Below, one piece after another: positions 26,965 through 36,557 of a DNA stretch of 64,000 nucleotides; positions within the stretch are counted from its first letter, which is position 1, and each line of letters starts with the position of its first letter. Location: the NCBI GenBank assembly GCA_903831095.1, contig CAIKWD010000026.1:136477-200476 (forward strand). The letters run 5' to 3'. The notes beneath the pieces were generated by a model. That model ran no database searches and was not told the DNA's origin. It saw only the letters and a list, made by a program, of their open reading frames with translations. Both the position numbers and the translations under genes were made by a program. The stretch is from Candidatus Staskawiczbacteria bacterium (GTDB lineage: Bacteria > Patescibacteriota > Minisyncoccia > Minisyncoccales > Staskawiczbacteraceae).

Positions 26965-28002
26965 TTAAATTTTTTCTTCCAGTTTTACTGTTAGGTTTAT
27001 TTTTTTGCCGTTGCGCAATACAGTTACTGGAGTTTGACCGCCAATTTTGCATTTCTGCAAAATGTTTGCCAAAGGGTTTTTGGTGGTAATTTTTTCACCG
27101 TTGCATTCTAGAATAATATCCCATTCTTTCATGCCAGCTTTGTCTGCAGCAGAATCTTTCACTACTGGTGGTTCACCCAATGCCTCTCTGACCACAATTG
27201 CTCCATCGTTTACTGGGAGTTTGTTGGCTTCGGCCATTTCTTTGGAAACTAAAACATATTTTACTCCTAAAAATGGCATTAAAATTTTTCCGTATTTTTT
27301 AACTTCTTCTAAATCTTTCTTGGCATAGTTAATTGGAATGGCAAATCCAATGTTTTGGGCTCCAGCTATCATGGCAGTGTTTATGCCAATAACTTTTCCT
27401 TCCATATTTATTAAAGGTCCGCCAGAATTGCCCGGATTAATGGCTGCGTCTGTTTGTATCAAGCCCCTCAGGTTTTGCGACTGGTTTTCGATTCCTCCAA
27501 AAGCAGTAATAAAGCGAGAAAGCCCAGAAACAATTCCAGCTGATAAAGTGTCGGTAAATTCGCCCAAGGCGTTTCCAACTGCAATTACTTCTTCACCCAG
27601 CTCAACTTCGCTTGAGTCTGCCATTTCCAAAAATGGAAAGCGCTCGCCATCAATTTTTAAAACTGCAGTATCATTTATTGGGTTGCGTGACAAAACTTTT
27701 GCCGAGTATTTGTGCTTTGGATCTAAAATAACTGTGTAGTCAGCGGCTGTGTCAGACACAACATGGTTGGAAGTGAAAACATATCCGTTCTCGGAAATTA
27801 TAAACCCAGAGCCTCCGCCGATTTTTGTTTTTTCTATTTTATTTTTTTGACCTTTTTCATATTTTGGCATCATATATTCCTTGTCGCCATACGGAAAAGA
27901 ATAAAAATTCTCCGCTTTAGGCAGGTCTTTGGTGACTATGACTGTAATTACAGCTGGACACACTTTTTTTGCAATTGCTATTATTGGCGATTTGATTGGC
28001 AT
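26965..28002 (-). CDS. htrA: HtrA/DegP-family trypsin-like serine protease with PDZ domain
   Basis: GSGFII, TSNHVV, DTAVLK, QTDAAINPGNSGGPL, C-terminal PDZ. Confidence 0.9.
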   Translation of the reverse strand: MPIKSPIIAIAKKVCPAVITVIVTKDLPKAENFYSFPYGDKEYMMPKYEKGQKNKIEKTKIGGGSGFIISENGYVFTSNHVVSDTAADYTVILDPKHKYSAKVLSRNPINDTAVLKIDGERFPFLEMADSSEVELGEEVIAVGNALGEFTDTLSAGIVSGLSRFITAFGGIENQSQNLRGLIQTDAAINPGNSGGPLINMEGKVIGINTAMIAGAQNIGFAIPINYAKKDLEEVKKYGKILMPFLGVKYVLVSKEMAEANKLPVNDGAIVVREALGEPPVVKDSAADKAGMKEWDIILECNGEKITTKNPLANILQKCKIGGQTPVTVLRNGKKINLTVKLEEKI

Positions 28003-28133
28003 GTTTTTGTTTGTTTATTATAATTTAACTTATTATACTCTATATTGTAAAAAGGGAAAGAATCTGTTAGTCTTAACAGCAATAATTAGTCGGTTAAAAT
28101 GTTCTTTGAAACAATAAAGAAGGAAGGTGTAAA

Positions 28134-29090
28134 ATGAAAAAAGGGGTGATTAACGTGTTGGATTTGGGCGAACTTTCGAAACAAGAAACAAAAAGGGTTT
28201 TGGAGGTTGGCGGCACTAATGTAATTAGGGCAGATGTTTATGGAACTCACATCTACAATTATGTCATGCTCGATACAAAGAGTTTTGCTAGTGCAATGCA
28301 GATTGTTGAGTTTGCAGTTAAAGATTTGCCCTTGAATAATAAAGCCATTTGCTATCTCATTGCGGGCGTAGTTTTGCCAAACGGCTTGATTGAAAAATCT
28401 CCGCAGGTACCCATGCTCAATGGTCGCAATTTTATTGAAATGACAAAAGCAATTTACGACGGAAGAATATTCATTGGTAATGACATGGATGGGGGAGCAA
28501 TGGGAGTGTCGCTTCTTCTTCCCAACCTGCGGTATTTTATTAATGTTGTCTTGGGCACAGGAACAAATGGTAGAATTGTTCATGAGGGTAAGATTATCTG
28601 TAAGGGTGAATATGGGCACATAATCTATAAAAGAGATTTGTCGGCCAGACTTTGCCATTGCGGACTTACGGGTTGTTATGAATCGGAAATTGGTGGCTGG
28701 GCATTGGAGAAAAAAATAATCGAAAGCGCGCGGATATTGAGAATAGAAATTCCTGAAGGGCTAAACCCCTGCTGTTTTCTGGACATGTGTTTTGACCGGG
28801 GAGATAAATGGGCAGTTATAATGTATCAAGAAATCGCATATGACATTGCCCATTATTTTGCCAATTTACAGTCAATTGCACACGCTCCGGTTTTTGTTCT
28901 GAAAGGAACATTTTCCGTAAGAGGCTTTCCGCTGATTGAAAAAGATGTCCGTTCTTTTATGAAAGACGGCATGATTATCAGGAAAGAATGGGTTGATGAA
29001 ATTAAATTCATTATTTCACCCGAGCCTAAACTCGATTCAATTATCGGTGTAGCCGAACTTGAAGAGCGGGCTTTTAATGAGCTTTATTAG
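28134..29090 (+). CDS. ROK family protein
   Basis: EVGGT, GND, LGTGTNG, GEYGH and Zn motif CHCGLTGCYE. Confidence 0.8.
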   Translation: MKKGVINVLDLGELSKQETKRVLEVGGTNVIRADVYGTHIYNYVMLDTKSFASAMQIVEFAVKDLPLNNKAICYLIAGVVLPNGLIEKSPQVPMLNGRNFIEMTKAIYDGRIFIGNDMDGGAMGVSLLLPNLRYFINVVLGTGTNGRIVHEGKIICKGEYGHIIYKRDLSARLCHCGLTGCYESEIGGWALEKKIIESARILRIEIPEGLNPCCFLDMCFDRGDKWAVIMYQEIAYDIAHYFANLQSIAHAPVFVLKGTFSVRGFPLIEKDVRSFMKDGMIIRKEWVDEIKFIISPEPKLDSIIGVAELEERAFNELY

Positions 29091-29104
29091 CTTAGTATTT
29101 TAAT

Positions 29105-29131
29105 AAAGGCAGTTTGAAACTGCCTTTTTTT
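29105..29131 (+). terminator. Intrinsic terminator
   Basis: AAAGGCAGTT-tga-AACTGCCTTT followed by a T run. Confidence 0.75.
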
Positions 29132-29197
29132 ATTGTATAAAGCTCTTGCGAAAAGCTGTTTTTTGTGTTATTTTTGTAATATCGGTTTTAAAAATTA

Positions 29198-29269
29198 GCC
29201 CCCGTCGTTCAATGGATAGGACGGAAGTTTCCTAAACCTCAAATATAGGTTCGATTCCTATCGGGGGCA
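29198..29269 (+). tRNA. tRNA-Arg(CCT)
   Basis: GCCCCCG/CGGGGGC acceptor stem; loop TTCCTAA; GTTCGA T-loop. Confidence 0.9.
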
Positions 29270-29379
29270 CAAATAAAATTGCGGCTGTTGGGCCGTTTTT
29301 TTATTGCATTTTGTTCATATTTTTGCTAATTTTATATTAGCTGTTTTACAATTTAATTTATAATAAATGGAGGTTTATA

Positions 29380-29790
29380 ATGAAGATTTTTTCTACAATC
29401 GACAAAATGCTTTTTGGAAAAATGCGCGAACGCAAGGCAAACAAAATCAAGGAAGCAGAAGTCGCAGAACAGCAAAGAATAAAGAAATTAATGGATATTG
29501 AAATGGAAAGGCGTGAGGAAAAGGAAGCTAGAATGATTTTTAAGTTTCCTGTTATTGGAATGACAAATGAGGAATTGGCTAAAATTCCAAATAGCGATAC
29601 TATTTCCAATCATTTTCTTCAAACTTGCCCATTTGGCACAAAATTTATTTGTCGAAAAAATCGCTTTCATCCCGATGCTATTGTAATTGGAAAGGTAGTT
29701 AAAGGCGAAGATTTATTCTGTGCTCAATGGGGTGCAGGGCTTTCTGTACCTGATAGGGGGATAAATCGTTATCGAGTTGAAATTGAATAA
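29380..29790 (+). CDS. Hypothetical protein
   Basis: 136-aa ORF with GGAGG SD and a downstream hairpin. Confidence 0.6.
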   Translation: MKIFSTIDKMLFGKMRERKANKIKEAEVAEQQRIKKLMDIEMERREEKEARMIFKFPVIGMTNEELAKIPNSDTISNHFLQTCPFGTKFICRKNRFHPDAIVIGKVVKGEDLFCAQWGAGLSVPDRGINRYRVEIE

Positions 29791-29927
29791 GTTTATGCCG
29801 GGATAATACCTGGCATTTTTATTGCTTGAATTTTATTTTTAGTTATTGTAACTTATATTAATAGTTAGATTTATTTAATTATTTTGGACTTTGTAAACTT
29901 AAAACTTTTTAAATAGGAGGGTTTTTT

Positions 29928-30353
29928 ATGAATGATTTGAATGATGTTAAGGTAGTTTATGAGACGCTAGGGGATTATAAAGATTGGCAACTGGATATGG
30001 CTTATATCTTGGAAGTTGTCCATGAAAATCGCCAACAGCTTTGTATCTCTGCCATGACAGCCTCAGAAGAAGGAGAACCCGAAGAAACTGTGTGCGTGCT
30101 TAAAAAACATCATCTCAAAAAAGTTTGGGATTGCATAGCAAAGCGAGACGCAACAGTTAGGGATTTTCCAGCTGCAATAAATATTGAGAAAAGAGTGGCA
30201 TATGACCTGAGGTCTTTTAACTTGAATTCAAAGCCAATGCGCATTTTTACAGAGGAAAAAATAGAGGCTATTTGCCTTAAAAGATTTCCTTTTGTATGGA
30301 TGCCCGGGCTAATATGCTCCTTACAAAACCCAAGGATCGAACCTATATTTTAA
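29928..30353 (+). CDS. Hypothetical protein
   Basis: 141-aa ORF with AGGAGG SD and a downstream terminator-like hairpin. Confidence 0.6.
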   Translation: MNDLNDVKVVYETLGDYKDWQLDMAYILEVVHENRQQLCISAMTASEEGEPEETVCVLKKHHLKKVWDCIAKRDATVRDFPAAINIEKRVAYDLRSFNLNSKPMRIFTEEKIEAICLKRFPFVWMPGLICSLQNPRIEPIF

Positions 30354-30523
30354 AGTTAATAGAAATAATGGCCAGGCCTGAAAACCAGGCCTTTTTTATT
30401 GCATTTTTGGTCAAAAAATCGGGTTTTTGAGCTGTGGATAAAATAGGGGTCTAAGTCTGGACAGGGGGGCTTCTGGATGGTAAAATAGCCTAATAGTAGA
30501 TTTAACGTTAATAGAGGAAAATT

Positions 30524-30943
30524 ATGGAAAATAACGGTGAATTGAGCAATATCAACGACAAGCTAATAGACTTAGAACTAGCAAAAAGCGACAACAAAAA
30601 CTCAAAAGTAAGGAAATATCTGCCAGCATTCGTGTTGGTGGTTTCATTCTATTACTCTTTCCTTTTAGCCATAGGTTTGGCTTTGGGATATATTGGGTCT
30701 AAAATTTTCTCGAAATACCTTCTTGAAAACGGAAAAGTAGACTGCATTTTTATAGATTGTGGAAAGTACAAAATACACTTGCATCACTGGATTTTAGGAG
30801 CTTTATTGTTGTTGCTTGTGTGGTTCATAGATTACTTTTATCTTCCAAGATTCTTTGTGGGAGTGGTAGCTGGAATTATTGCTCACGACATTTACGACTT
30901 TAACGACTGGCACAAGGTTTTGATCAAAAACGAGGTAAAATAG
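30524..30943 (+). CDS. Hypothetical membrane protein (HLHHW motif)
   Basis: TM segments, IHLHHWILG, HDIYDF. Confidence 0.65.
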   Translation: MENNGELSNINDKLIDLELAKSDNKNSKVRKYLPAFVLVVSFYYSFLLAIGLALGYIGSKIFSKYLLENGKVDCIFIDCGKYKIHLHHWILGALLLLLVWFIDYFYLPRFFVGVVAGIIAHDIYDFNDWHKVLIKNEVK

Positions 30944-31049
30944 GTAATAAAATATGTCTTTACAAATGCAGCTTACGGCTGCATTTTAGTTTGTCCTGAG
31001 CCTGTTGAAGGATTGAAGTAACAGTGTTTTTAAAGTATTATAATTTTAT

Positions 31050-31099
31050 GGAGGAGTCGCATATCCCGCGTAGCGGGACCCCGCTTCGCGGGGGTGGCT
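31050..31099 (+). pseudogene. Duplicated 5' fragment of tRNA-Ser interrupted by two 15-nt mini-hairpins
   Basis: GGAGGAGTCGCATA[TCCCGCGTAGCGGGA CCCCGCTTCGCGGGG]GTGGCT versus the tRNA-Ser start GGAGGAGTCGCATAGTGGCT. Confidence 0.75.
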
Positions 31100-31108
31100 T
31101 CATTATTT

Positions 31109-31363
31109 ATGTTTACAACGTATATTCTAAAAAGTTTAAAAACCGGACGATACTATATTGGACAAACGGAAGATATTGTAGATAGAATTAAAAGGCATAA
31201 TTCGGGGCGGTCTAAAGCTACAAAAAATTCTATGCCTTGGGAGCTTATTTATTCCGAAGAATATTCAACCAGATCTTTAGCTTTTAGGAGAGAACAGGAA
31301 ATAAAATCATATAAAGGTGGTATAAAGTTTAAAAAGTTGCTAGGTTTATGGAAAGATAATTAA
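31109..31363 (+). CDS. Small GIY-YIG nuclease (UPF0213 type)
   Basis: TYIL...YYIGQT...RIKRHN...PWELIYSE...RREQEIK. Confidence 0.9.
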   Translation: MFTTYILKSLKTGRYYIGQTEDIVDRIKRHNSGRSKATKNSMPWELIYSEEYSTRSLAFRREQEIKSYKGGIKFKKLLGLWKDN

Positions 31364-31375
31364 ATCAATATTTTT

Positions 31376-31460
31376 GGAGGAGTCGCATAGTGGCTATTGC
31401 AACGGTTTCGAAAACCGTAATCCCTTACGGGATTCGTGAGTTCGAGTCTCACCTCCTCCG
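31376..31460 (+). tRNA. tRNA-Ser(CGA)
   Basis: GGAGGAG/CCTCCTCC acceptor region; ACGGT-TTCGAAA-ACCGT; long variable arm. Confidence 0.92.
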
Positions 31461-31489
31461 CATTAAATTTATAATTAAATTTAAAAAAA

Positions 31490-32638
31490 ATGCAAAAAGT
31501 AAAAGTGGCAATTATTGGTGGAGGAGTAGCTGGTTTAATGTGTGCTCGTGAGTTAGAGAAAAAGGGGGTGAAAGATTTTGTGGTTATATCAAAGGATATC
31601 GGCGGGCGAGTCATATGCTCTAGTAATAGAAAAGTAAATTATGGCGCTTATTTTGTAACTAAAACTTATAAAAATCTAAAGCCATTTTTGCAATTTTTGC
31701 GTCCTATTAGGAAAAAAGATTGTCTTTTTGTTAAGTCACGAAAAATATATACGATATTTTCTTTTCATTTTGTTCCCTATATTTTTAGTTATTTGCGGTT
31801 AATCTTGGGGCTGATTAAGTTTAGAATACATTTTGAGCGTTTTAGAAAAAATACCCTTAAAATTTCTCAGAAAAAAGCCATAGAATTAGACCCATATCTT
31901 TCAAAGCTATATTTTACAAAGGCTTCTGATTTTATAGAACAGAAGAGATTGCAAAAGTATGAACATGAGTATCTTGACGCCATGGCTAATGCAATGTCTT
32001 TTTCAGACCCCAATAAAGCTTCTGCATTTTTGTTTCTTCAATGGGCTTCAGAAATGTTGCTTTACACATTGTATGAGTTTTACATGGATATTCCTAAAAT
32101 GATTAATAATTTTAAGGAAAAAATAATTATAGATACTGTTAAAAAAATAGATTATAACGACGGAAAGTATATTGTTAAAACTGAGAACAATTTGCAAATT
32201 GAATCTTCATATTTGGTAATGGCAGCTGAGCCTTGGCTCAGTAAAGACATTATTGATGTTAAATTGCCAGAATATGATTTTACCAATGCTCATATGTGGC
32301 ATATTGCCGGAAATGTTAGAGAAACATATAAAAAGAAAATTTATGTATTTTTTCCAGCCAAGGCATCATTTATTGTGCTTGCTCGGCAATTAGATGATAC
32401 TTACATAGTTTATGCAGATAACAAAGATGTAGATCTTGGGCATTGTTTTATTGATTACCAGATAATTTTTGAAAAAGACTGGGTTCCAGCTTTTCAATAC
32501 AATAGATATGATATTTTTGAGGCGGAAAAAGAAAATGGTTTGTATTTTATAGGTAGTCAAAATCTAGATGGGTTAGAAGACTCGGCGATAACTGGTGTAT
32601 GGGCAGCGCGTAAAATAATCAATGCCTGTAAAAAATAG
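31490..32638 (+). CDS. FAD-dependent oxidoreductase
   Basis: VAIIGGGVAGL Rossmann motif, IGGRV, GLEDSAITG. Confidence 0.8.
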   Translation: MQKVKVAIIGGGVAGLMCARELEKKGVKDFVVISKDIGGRVICSSNRKVNYGAYFVTKTYKNLKPFLQFLRPIRKKDCLFVKSRKIYTIFSFHFVPYIFSYLRLILGLIKFRIHFERFRKNTLKISQKKAIELDPYLSKLYFTKASDFIEQKRLQKYEHEYLDAMANAMSFSDPNKASAFLFLQWASEMLLYTLYEFYMDIPKMINNFKEKIIIDTVKKIDYNDGKYIVKTENNLQIESSYLVMAAEPWLSKDIIDVKLPEYDFTNAHMWHIAGNVRETYKKKIYVFFPAKASFIVLARQLDDTYIVYADNKDVDLGHCFIDYQIIFEKDWVPAFQYNRYDIFEAEKENGLYFIGSQNLDGLEDSAITGVWAARKIINACKK

Positions 32639-32681
32639 TTAAGATTAGGTTAAGGTAGGCATTTATTAAAAAGTATCTGAT

Positions 32682-33158
32682 ATGAACAAAGAAATATTTC
32701 AAACAAAAAATTTCATAGTTGAGGCTGTTGAAAAGCCACATGTGACTAGGTTAGATGGCGGGCATATTAAAATTACCCCAAAAGTTAAATTACTGGATCG
32801 CACACAGCTTTCTCCAGAATTGGCAATAGAACTTATAAGGTTGACTATGGTAGCTGGAGAAGCAATGGCAAAAGCACTGAACAATAGAGGGATTGATGTA
32901 GGTAGGATAAATTATCAGGACAATGGAAATTGGGGTGTTTTCAACCCTGAAGGACCTTTTCTGCATATTCATTTATATGGCAGGGCCAAAAGCGCAAAAA
33001 TAAACAAATGGGGAGATGCAATTTTTGCGGGGCACAGGGACACAGGATTTTATGATAATTTTGAGCCTCTTAACGATGGCGACATTGCCGAAATAAAAAA
33101 AGAGATTGAGTTGATTTTCAAGGGAGAAAAATATCAAGACAAAAACTGGCATTTATAG
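32682..33158 (+). CDS. HIT-family protein
   Basis: GGHIKI...NYQDNGN...FLHIHLYGR. Confidence 0.72.
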   Translation: MNKEIFQTKNFIVEAVEKPHVTRLDGGHIKITPKVKLLDRTQLSPELAIELIRLTMVAGEAMAKALNNRGIDVGRINYQDNGNWGVFNPEGPFLHIHLYGRAKSAKINKWGDAIFAGHRDTGFYDNFEPLNDGDIAEIKKEIELIFKGEKYQDKNWHL

Positions 33159-33169
33159 AACTTGTATTT

Positions 33170-34018
33170 GTGAAAAAAGTAATTGTGCTAAATAAAAAAG
33201 AAGGTCAGACTCCGCTTTTTGCGTTGGAGGAATTTAGGAAGAAAAATTCAGAATATATAGACGTGCCAATGACTTACGCAGGTAGACTCGACCCAATGGC
33301 CAGCGGAGTTTTGATTGTGTTGGCAGGGGAGGAAACAAAGAACAAAGAGAAATATTTAGCTTTGGACAAGGAATATGAATTTAGTGTGCTGTTTGGTTTT
33401 AACACTGATACTTATGACATTTTAGGAAAAGTTGTAAAACAATCGCTCGACAACAAATTTCTCTTAGCTCAGCAACAAACTTTTTTCGGCAAGCAGGAAC
33501 TCGCTTTGCCTCTTCGGGCAAGTCGACCTGGGCCTTCAAAAAGTTTATTGCTTCGCTCTGAGTTTATTGTCTCGCTTGTTAAAAATAATTTAAAATATTT
33601 TAAAGGAAGGTTAAAGCAGAAATATCCAATTTATTCTTCTAAAAATGTAAATGGAAAACCACTCTTTAGTTATGCTAGAAGTGGGGAAGATGTAGAAATA
33701 CCAGAGAGAGAAATTTTTATTAAAAGTATAAAGCTGGGAAAAATTAGGGAAATTGGTAGTGAAAAATTAATTTTGAATGTTAAAAAAAGAGTAGAGAAAG
33801 TTGATGGAGATTTTAGGCAAAAGGAAATACTGAAAATATGGCAGAAAAAATTGCTAGGCAGTAAAAAATTGCAGTCATTCTATATTGCCGACTTTAAAAT
33901 AAAATGTACAAGCGGAACTTATGTGAGAACCTTGGCAAATTCTTTGGGAGAAAAAATGAAAATTCCTGCGTTGGCGTTTTCTATAAAAAGGACAAAAGTA
34001 GGAAAATATAAATTATAA
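33170..34018 (+). CDS. truB: tRNA pseudouridine(55) synthase TruB with an in-frame repeat insertion
   Basis: YAGRLDPMASGVL, KEYEF, TDTYDILG, YSS, CTSGTYVRTL; about 47 extra residues at 33438-33580. Confidence 0.9.
   Translation: MKKVIVLNKKEGQTPLFALEEFRKKNSEYIDVPMTYAGRLDPMASGVLIVLAGEETKNKEKYLALDKEYEFSVLFGFNTDTYDILGKVVKQSLDNKFLLAQQQTFFGKQELALPLRASRPGPSKSLLLRSEFIVSLVKNNLKYFKGRLKQKYPIYSSKNVNGKPLFSYARSGEDVEIPEREIFIKSIKLGKIREIGSEKLILNVKKRVEKVDGDFRQKEILKIWQKKLLGSKKLQSFYIADFKIKCTSGTYVRTLANSLGEKMKIPALAFSIKRTKVGKYKL
33438..33580 (+). repeat. Nested hairpin repeat element inside truB
   Basis: Outer TCGCTCGACAACAAAT..GTTTATTGTCTCGCT encloses inner GCTCAGCAACAAACTTTT..AAAAAGTTTATTGCTTCGCT. Confidence 0.75.
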
Positions 34019-34021
34019 AAA

Positions 34022-34996
34022 ATGGAACTTGGTTTCTGGAAAAAAATTAAAAAGCCTGTTATGGTAATTGCCCCGATGTCTGGGGTTACTGATGAGCCTT
34101 TTCGCTTGATGTTTTTGAAATACGGCAAGCCAAGCGCTTTTTGGACAGAGTTTGTGTCAGCTGATGGCTTATTTTCCCGTGGCAGGGCATATTGCTTGGG
34201 AGTTTTAAAACATTCGCCAAAAGAGCGGCCAATAGTGGCTCAAATTTTTGGCTCTGACCCAGTAAATTTTGAAAAGACTGCTAGCTTAATTTCAGAACTT
34301 GGTTTTGACGGAATAGACATTAATATGGGTTGCCCTGACAACGGTATAGAAAAACAGGGAGCAGGGTCAGCCTTAATAAAGAATCCTGCTTTAGCTGTGG
34401 AAATTATAAGGGCTACCAAACTCGGAGCAGGTAAAATTCCAGTTTCTGTAAAAACCAGAATTGGATATAGTAAAAATGAAATCTCAGAATGGTTGCCTGC
34501 TATTTTAAAAGAAGAAATAGCTGTTTTAACTGTGCATTTTAGAACTAGAGACGACTTGTATTACAAGCCAGCTAATTGGGAGTTGGCAAAAGAGGTTGTA
34601 AAGCTTCGCGACAAATATTCACCAAAGACTTTGATTCTTGGAAATGGAGACGTAAAGTCACTTGTGGAAGCTAAAAAGTTGATTAAAGAAAACGGATTGG
34701 ATGGGGTAATGATTGGAAGAGCAGTTGTGGGAAACCCTTGGTTTTTTGCTAAGAAGCTTCCCACTTTGAAAACCAGGCTTGAGGCAATAATAAAGCATGC
34801 GGAAATTTTTGATGACTTTCATAAGGAGGAAATAAACAATAAAAAATACTATAAAAAGTTTGTAAGCATTAGAAAACATTTTCATCATTATTCTAAAGGA
34901 TTTGTTGGCGCTAGGGAATTGAGAGATCAATTGATGAAAGTAAAAAGCACCAAGGAAACAAAAGAAGTAATTAAAAAATTCTTAAAATCGCTGTAA
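34022..34996 (+). CDS. dusB: tRNA-dihydrouridine synthase (Dus family)
   Basis: IAPMSGVTD, TEFVS, DINMGCP, SVKTRIG, GNGD, MIGRA. Confidence 0.9.
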   Translation: MELGFWKKIKKPVMVIAPMSGVTDEPFRLMFLKYGKPSAFWTEFVSADGLFSRGRAYCLGVLKHSPKERPIVAQIFGSDPVNFEKTASLISELGFDGIDINMGCPDNGIEKQGAGSALIKNPALAVEIIRATKLGAGKIPVSVKTRIGYSKNEISEWLPAILKEEIAVLTVHFRTRDDLYYKPANWELAKEVVKLRDKYSPKTLILGNGDVKSLVEAKKLIKENGLDGVMIGRAVVGNPWFFAKKLPTLKTRLEAIIKHAEIFDDFHKEEINNKKYYKKFVSIRKHFHHYSKGFVGARELRDQLMKVKSTKETKEVIKKFLKSL

Positions 34997-35023
34997 TGGC
35001 GATTTTTAAGTTATAATGTAAGT

Positions 35024-36043
35024 ATGAAAAGGTTTTTGCTGATTATTTTATTGTTTGTTTTTTTTCTGGCGCCGGTTTTGTGTTTGGCTGAAAATTATAG
35101 CATGGAAAAGATTTTCTATATGTCGCAGTTAAAGGAGAAAGAGGGAATTGCCAGTATAAAAATTAATGCCGACAAAATTGATATTTTGGCTCCGCAGTTT
35201 TTTACAGTTTCAGCTAAAATGACTTTAGATGGAAAGCTCGACGCTCAGCTTAAAAATGTTATAAACCAAAAGAAACTAAAAGTCATGCCTTTGGTGACAA
35301 ATGCCGGTTTTAAGCAAAGCGTAATACATAACTTGTTGCTTTCCAGCAAATCTCAAAATTCTGTTATAAAAGCCTTGGTTGATTTAGCAAAAAAAGAAAA
35401 ATATATTGGCTGGCAGTTTGATTTTGAAAATATAAGCTATTTAGACAAAGATTTATATTCGGCTTTTGTAGAAAGAACTTATAAATCCTTTCAAAAGAAT
35501 AAATTAATTTTAAGTATAGCTGCTGTTTCACGTAGTGTTGATTATGAGGATACAGATGCATTTAAAAATTGGGGAGGAGTTTTTGACTATGCCAGGCTTG
35601 CCAAGTCAGCAGATTTTATAAGTTTGATGACATATGACGACCCAGATTCAGTTGGCCCAGTTGCATCTTTGTCATTTGTTAATAAAGTGCTTGTTTATGT
35701 AAAAGGCAAGATTCCACCTGAAAAGCTGTCTTTAGGAATCCCTTTGTACAATTGGGGATGGAGTATAAGTCCGTTTAAAAAGGTTGTAGCTAGCGGCACT
35801 TACGATGGTTTTTTAAAAACTAAATCTGAGCATTTAAATGTTTCAGGTTTTAACGAGCAATTAGGGGCATCTTGGCTAACATATTTTTTGAATAATAAAT
35901 TTTATTTGCTTTGGTTCCAAGACAAAAAAGTCATAGATAGCAAGTTAGACATAATTAAGCAGAATAATCTTAGAGGTTTTTCCGCCTGGGTTTTGGGTGT
36001 AGAAGATCCTGAAATCTGGAGCTCCTTGGGCAATAATCATTGA
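35024..36043 (+). CDS. Secreted glycoside hydrolase family 18
   Basis: Signal peptide; GWQFDFE catalytic motif, LMTYD, LGIPLY, SAWVLG. Confidence 0.85.
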   Translation: MKRFLLIILLFVFFLAPVLCLAENYSMEKIFYMSQLKEKEGIASIKINADKIDILAPQFFTVSAKMTLDGKLDAQLKNVINQKKLKVMPLVTNAGFKQSVIHNLLLSSKSQNSVIKALVDLAKKEKYIGWQFDFENISYLDKDLYSAFVERTYKSFQKNKLILSIAAVSRSVDYEDTDAFKNWGGVFDYARLAKSADFISLMTYDDPDSVGPVASLSFVNKVLVYVKGKIPPEKLSLGIPLYNWGWSISPFKKVVASGTYDGFLKTKSEHLNVSGFNEQLGASWLTYFLNNKFYLLWFQDKKVIDSKLDIIKQNNLRGFSAWVLGVEDPEIWSSLGNNH

Positions 36044-36076
36044 AGTTTTGTCAAATTTAGAGTAAGATAATAAATT

Positions 36077-36553
36077 ATGGATATCATCCTAATTTCTTTA
36101 ATTGCATCAGCTGTTGTCATACTAATTTTAGTTGTGATCAATATTTTTTTATTGGTGAAATTCAGCCAGACAAATAAGAAATTAGATAAGCTTTTAGAGG
36201 GTGGGAAAATTAAGGATTTTAAGGATATTTTTCTGTCGCAGAAAGATAAAAATAAGGAGCTTGAATTGCAGATAAAAGATGCATTTTTAAAGATAGAAAA
36301 AATAGAGGGAATATGCCAGACAACAATTAGGAAAATTGGAGTTGTAAGGTTTAATCCGTTTAACGACATGGGAGGCAACCAAAGCTTTGTTGTTGCTATG
36401 TTGGACGAAAACAATAATGGCTTTATAATTTCTAGTATATTTGCTAAGGAAGGAAGCAGAGTTTATGCAAAAACAGTAAAAGCAGGAAAGTCAGAATATA
36501 TTTTATCAAAAGACGAAGTTGAGGCAATAGAGAAGGCAATTAACTTTAAGTAA
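36077..36553 (+). CDS. DUF4446 family protein
   Basis: TM plus coiled coil plus GVVRFNPFNDMGGNQSF...RVYAK. Confidence 0.85.
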   Translation: MDIILISLIASAVVILILVVINIFLLVKFSQTNKKLDKLLEGGKIKDFKDIFLSQKDKNKELELQIKDAFLKIEKIEGICQTTIRKIGVVRFNPFNDMGGNQSFVVAMLDENNNGFIISSIFAKEGSRVYAKTVKAGKSEYILSKDEVEAIEKAINFK

Positions 36554-36557
36554 TATT

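Noticed and set aside
26965..28002. HtrA lacking a signal peptide as a novelty
   Set aside because: Noted, but a single missing anchor is weak evidence and I cannot check the start against orthologues.
30433..30441. Perfect DnaA boxes TGTGGATAA at 30433 and 48906 as an origin or as targets of the DnaA fusion
   Set aside because: Isolated 9-mers are compatible with chance; there is no cluster and no dnaA or dnaN nearby.
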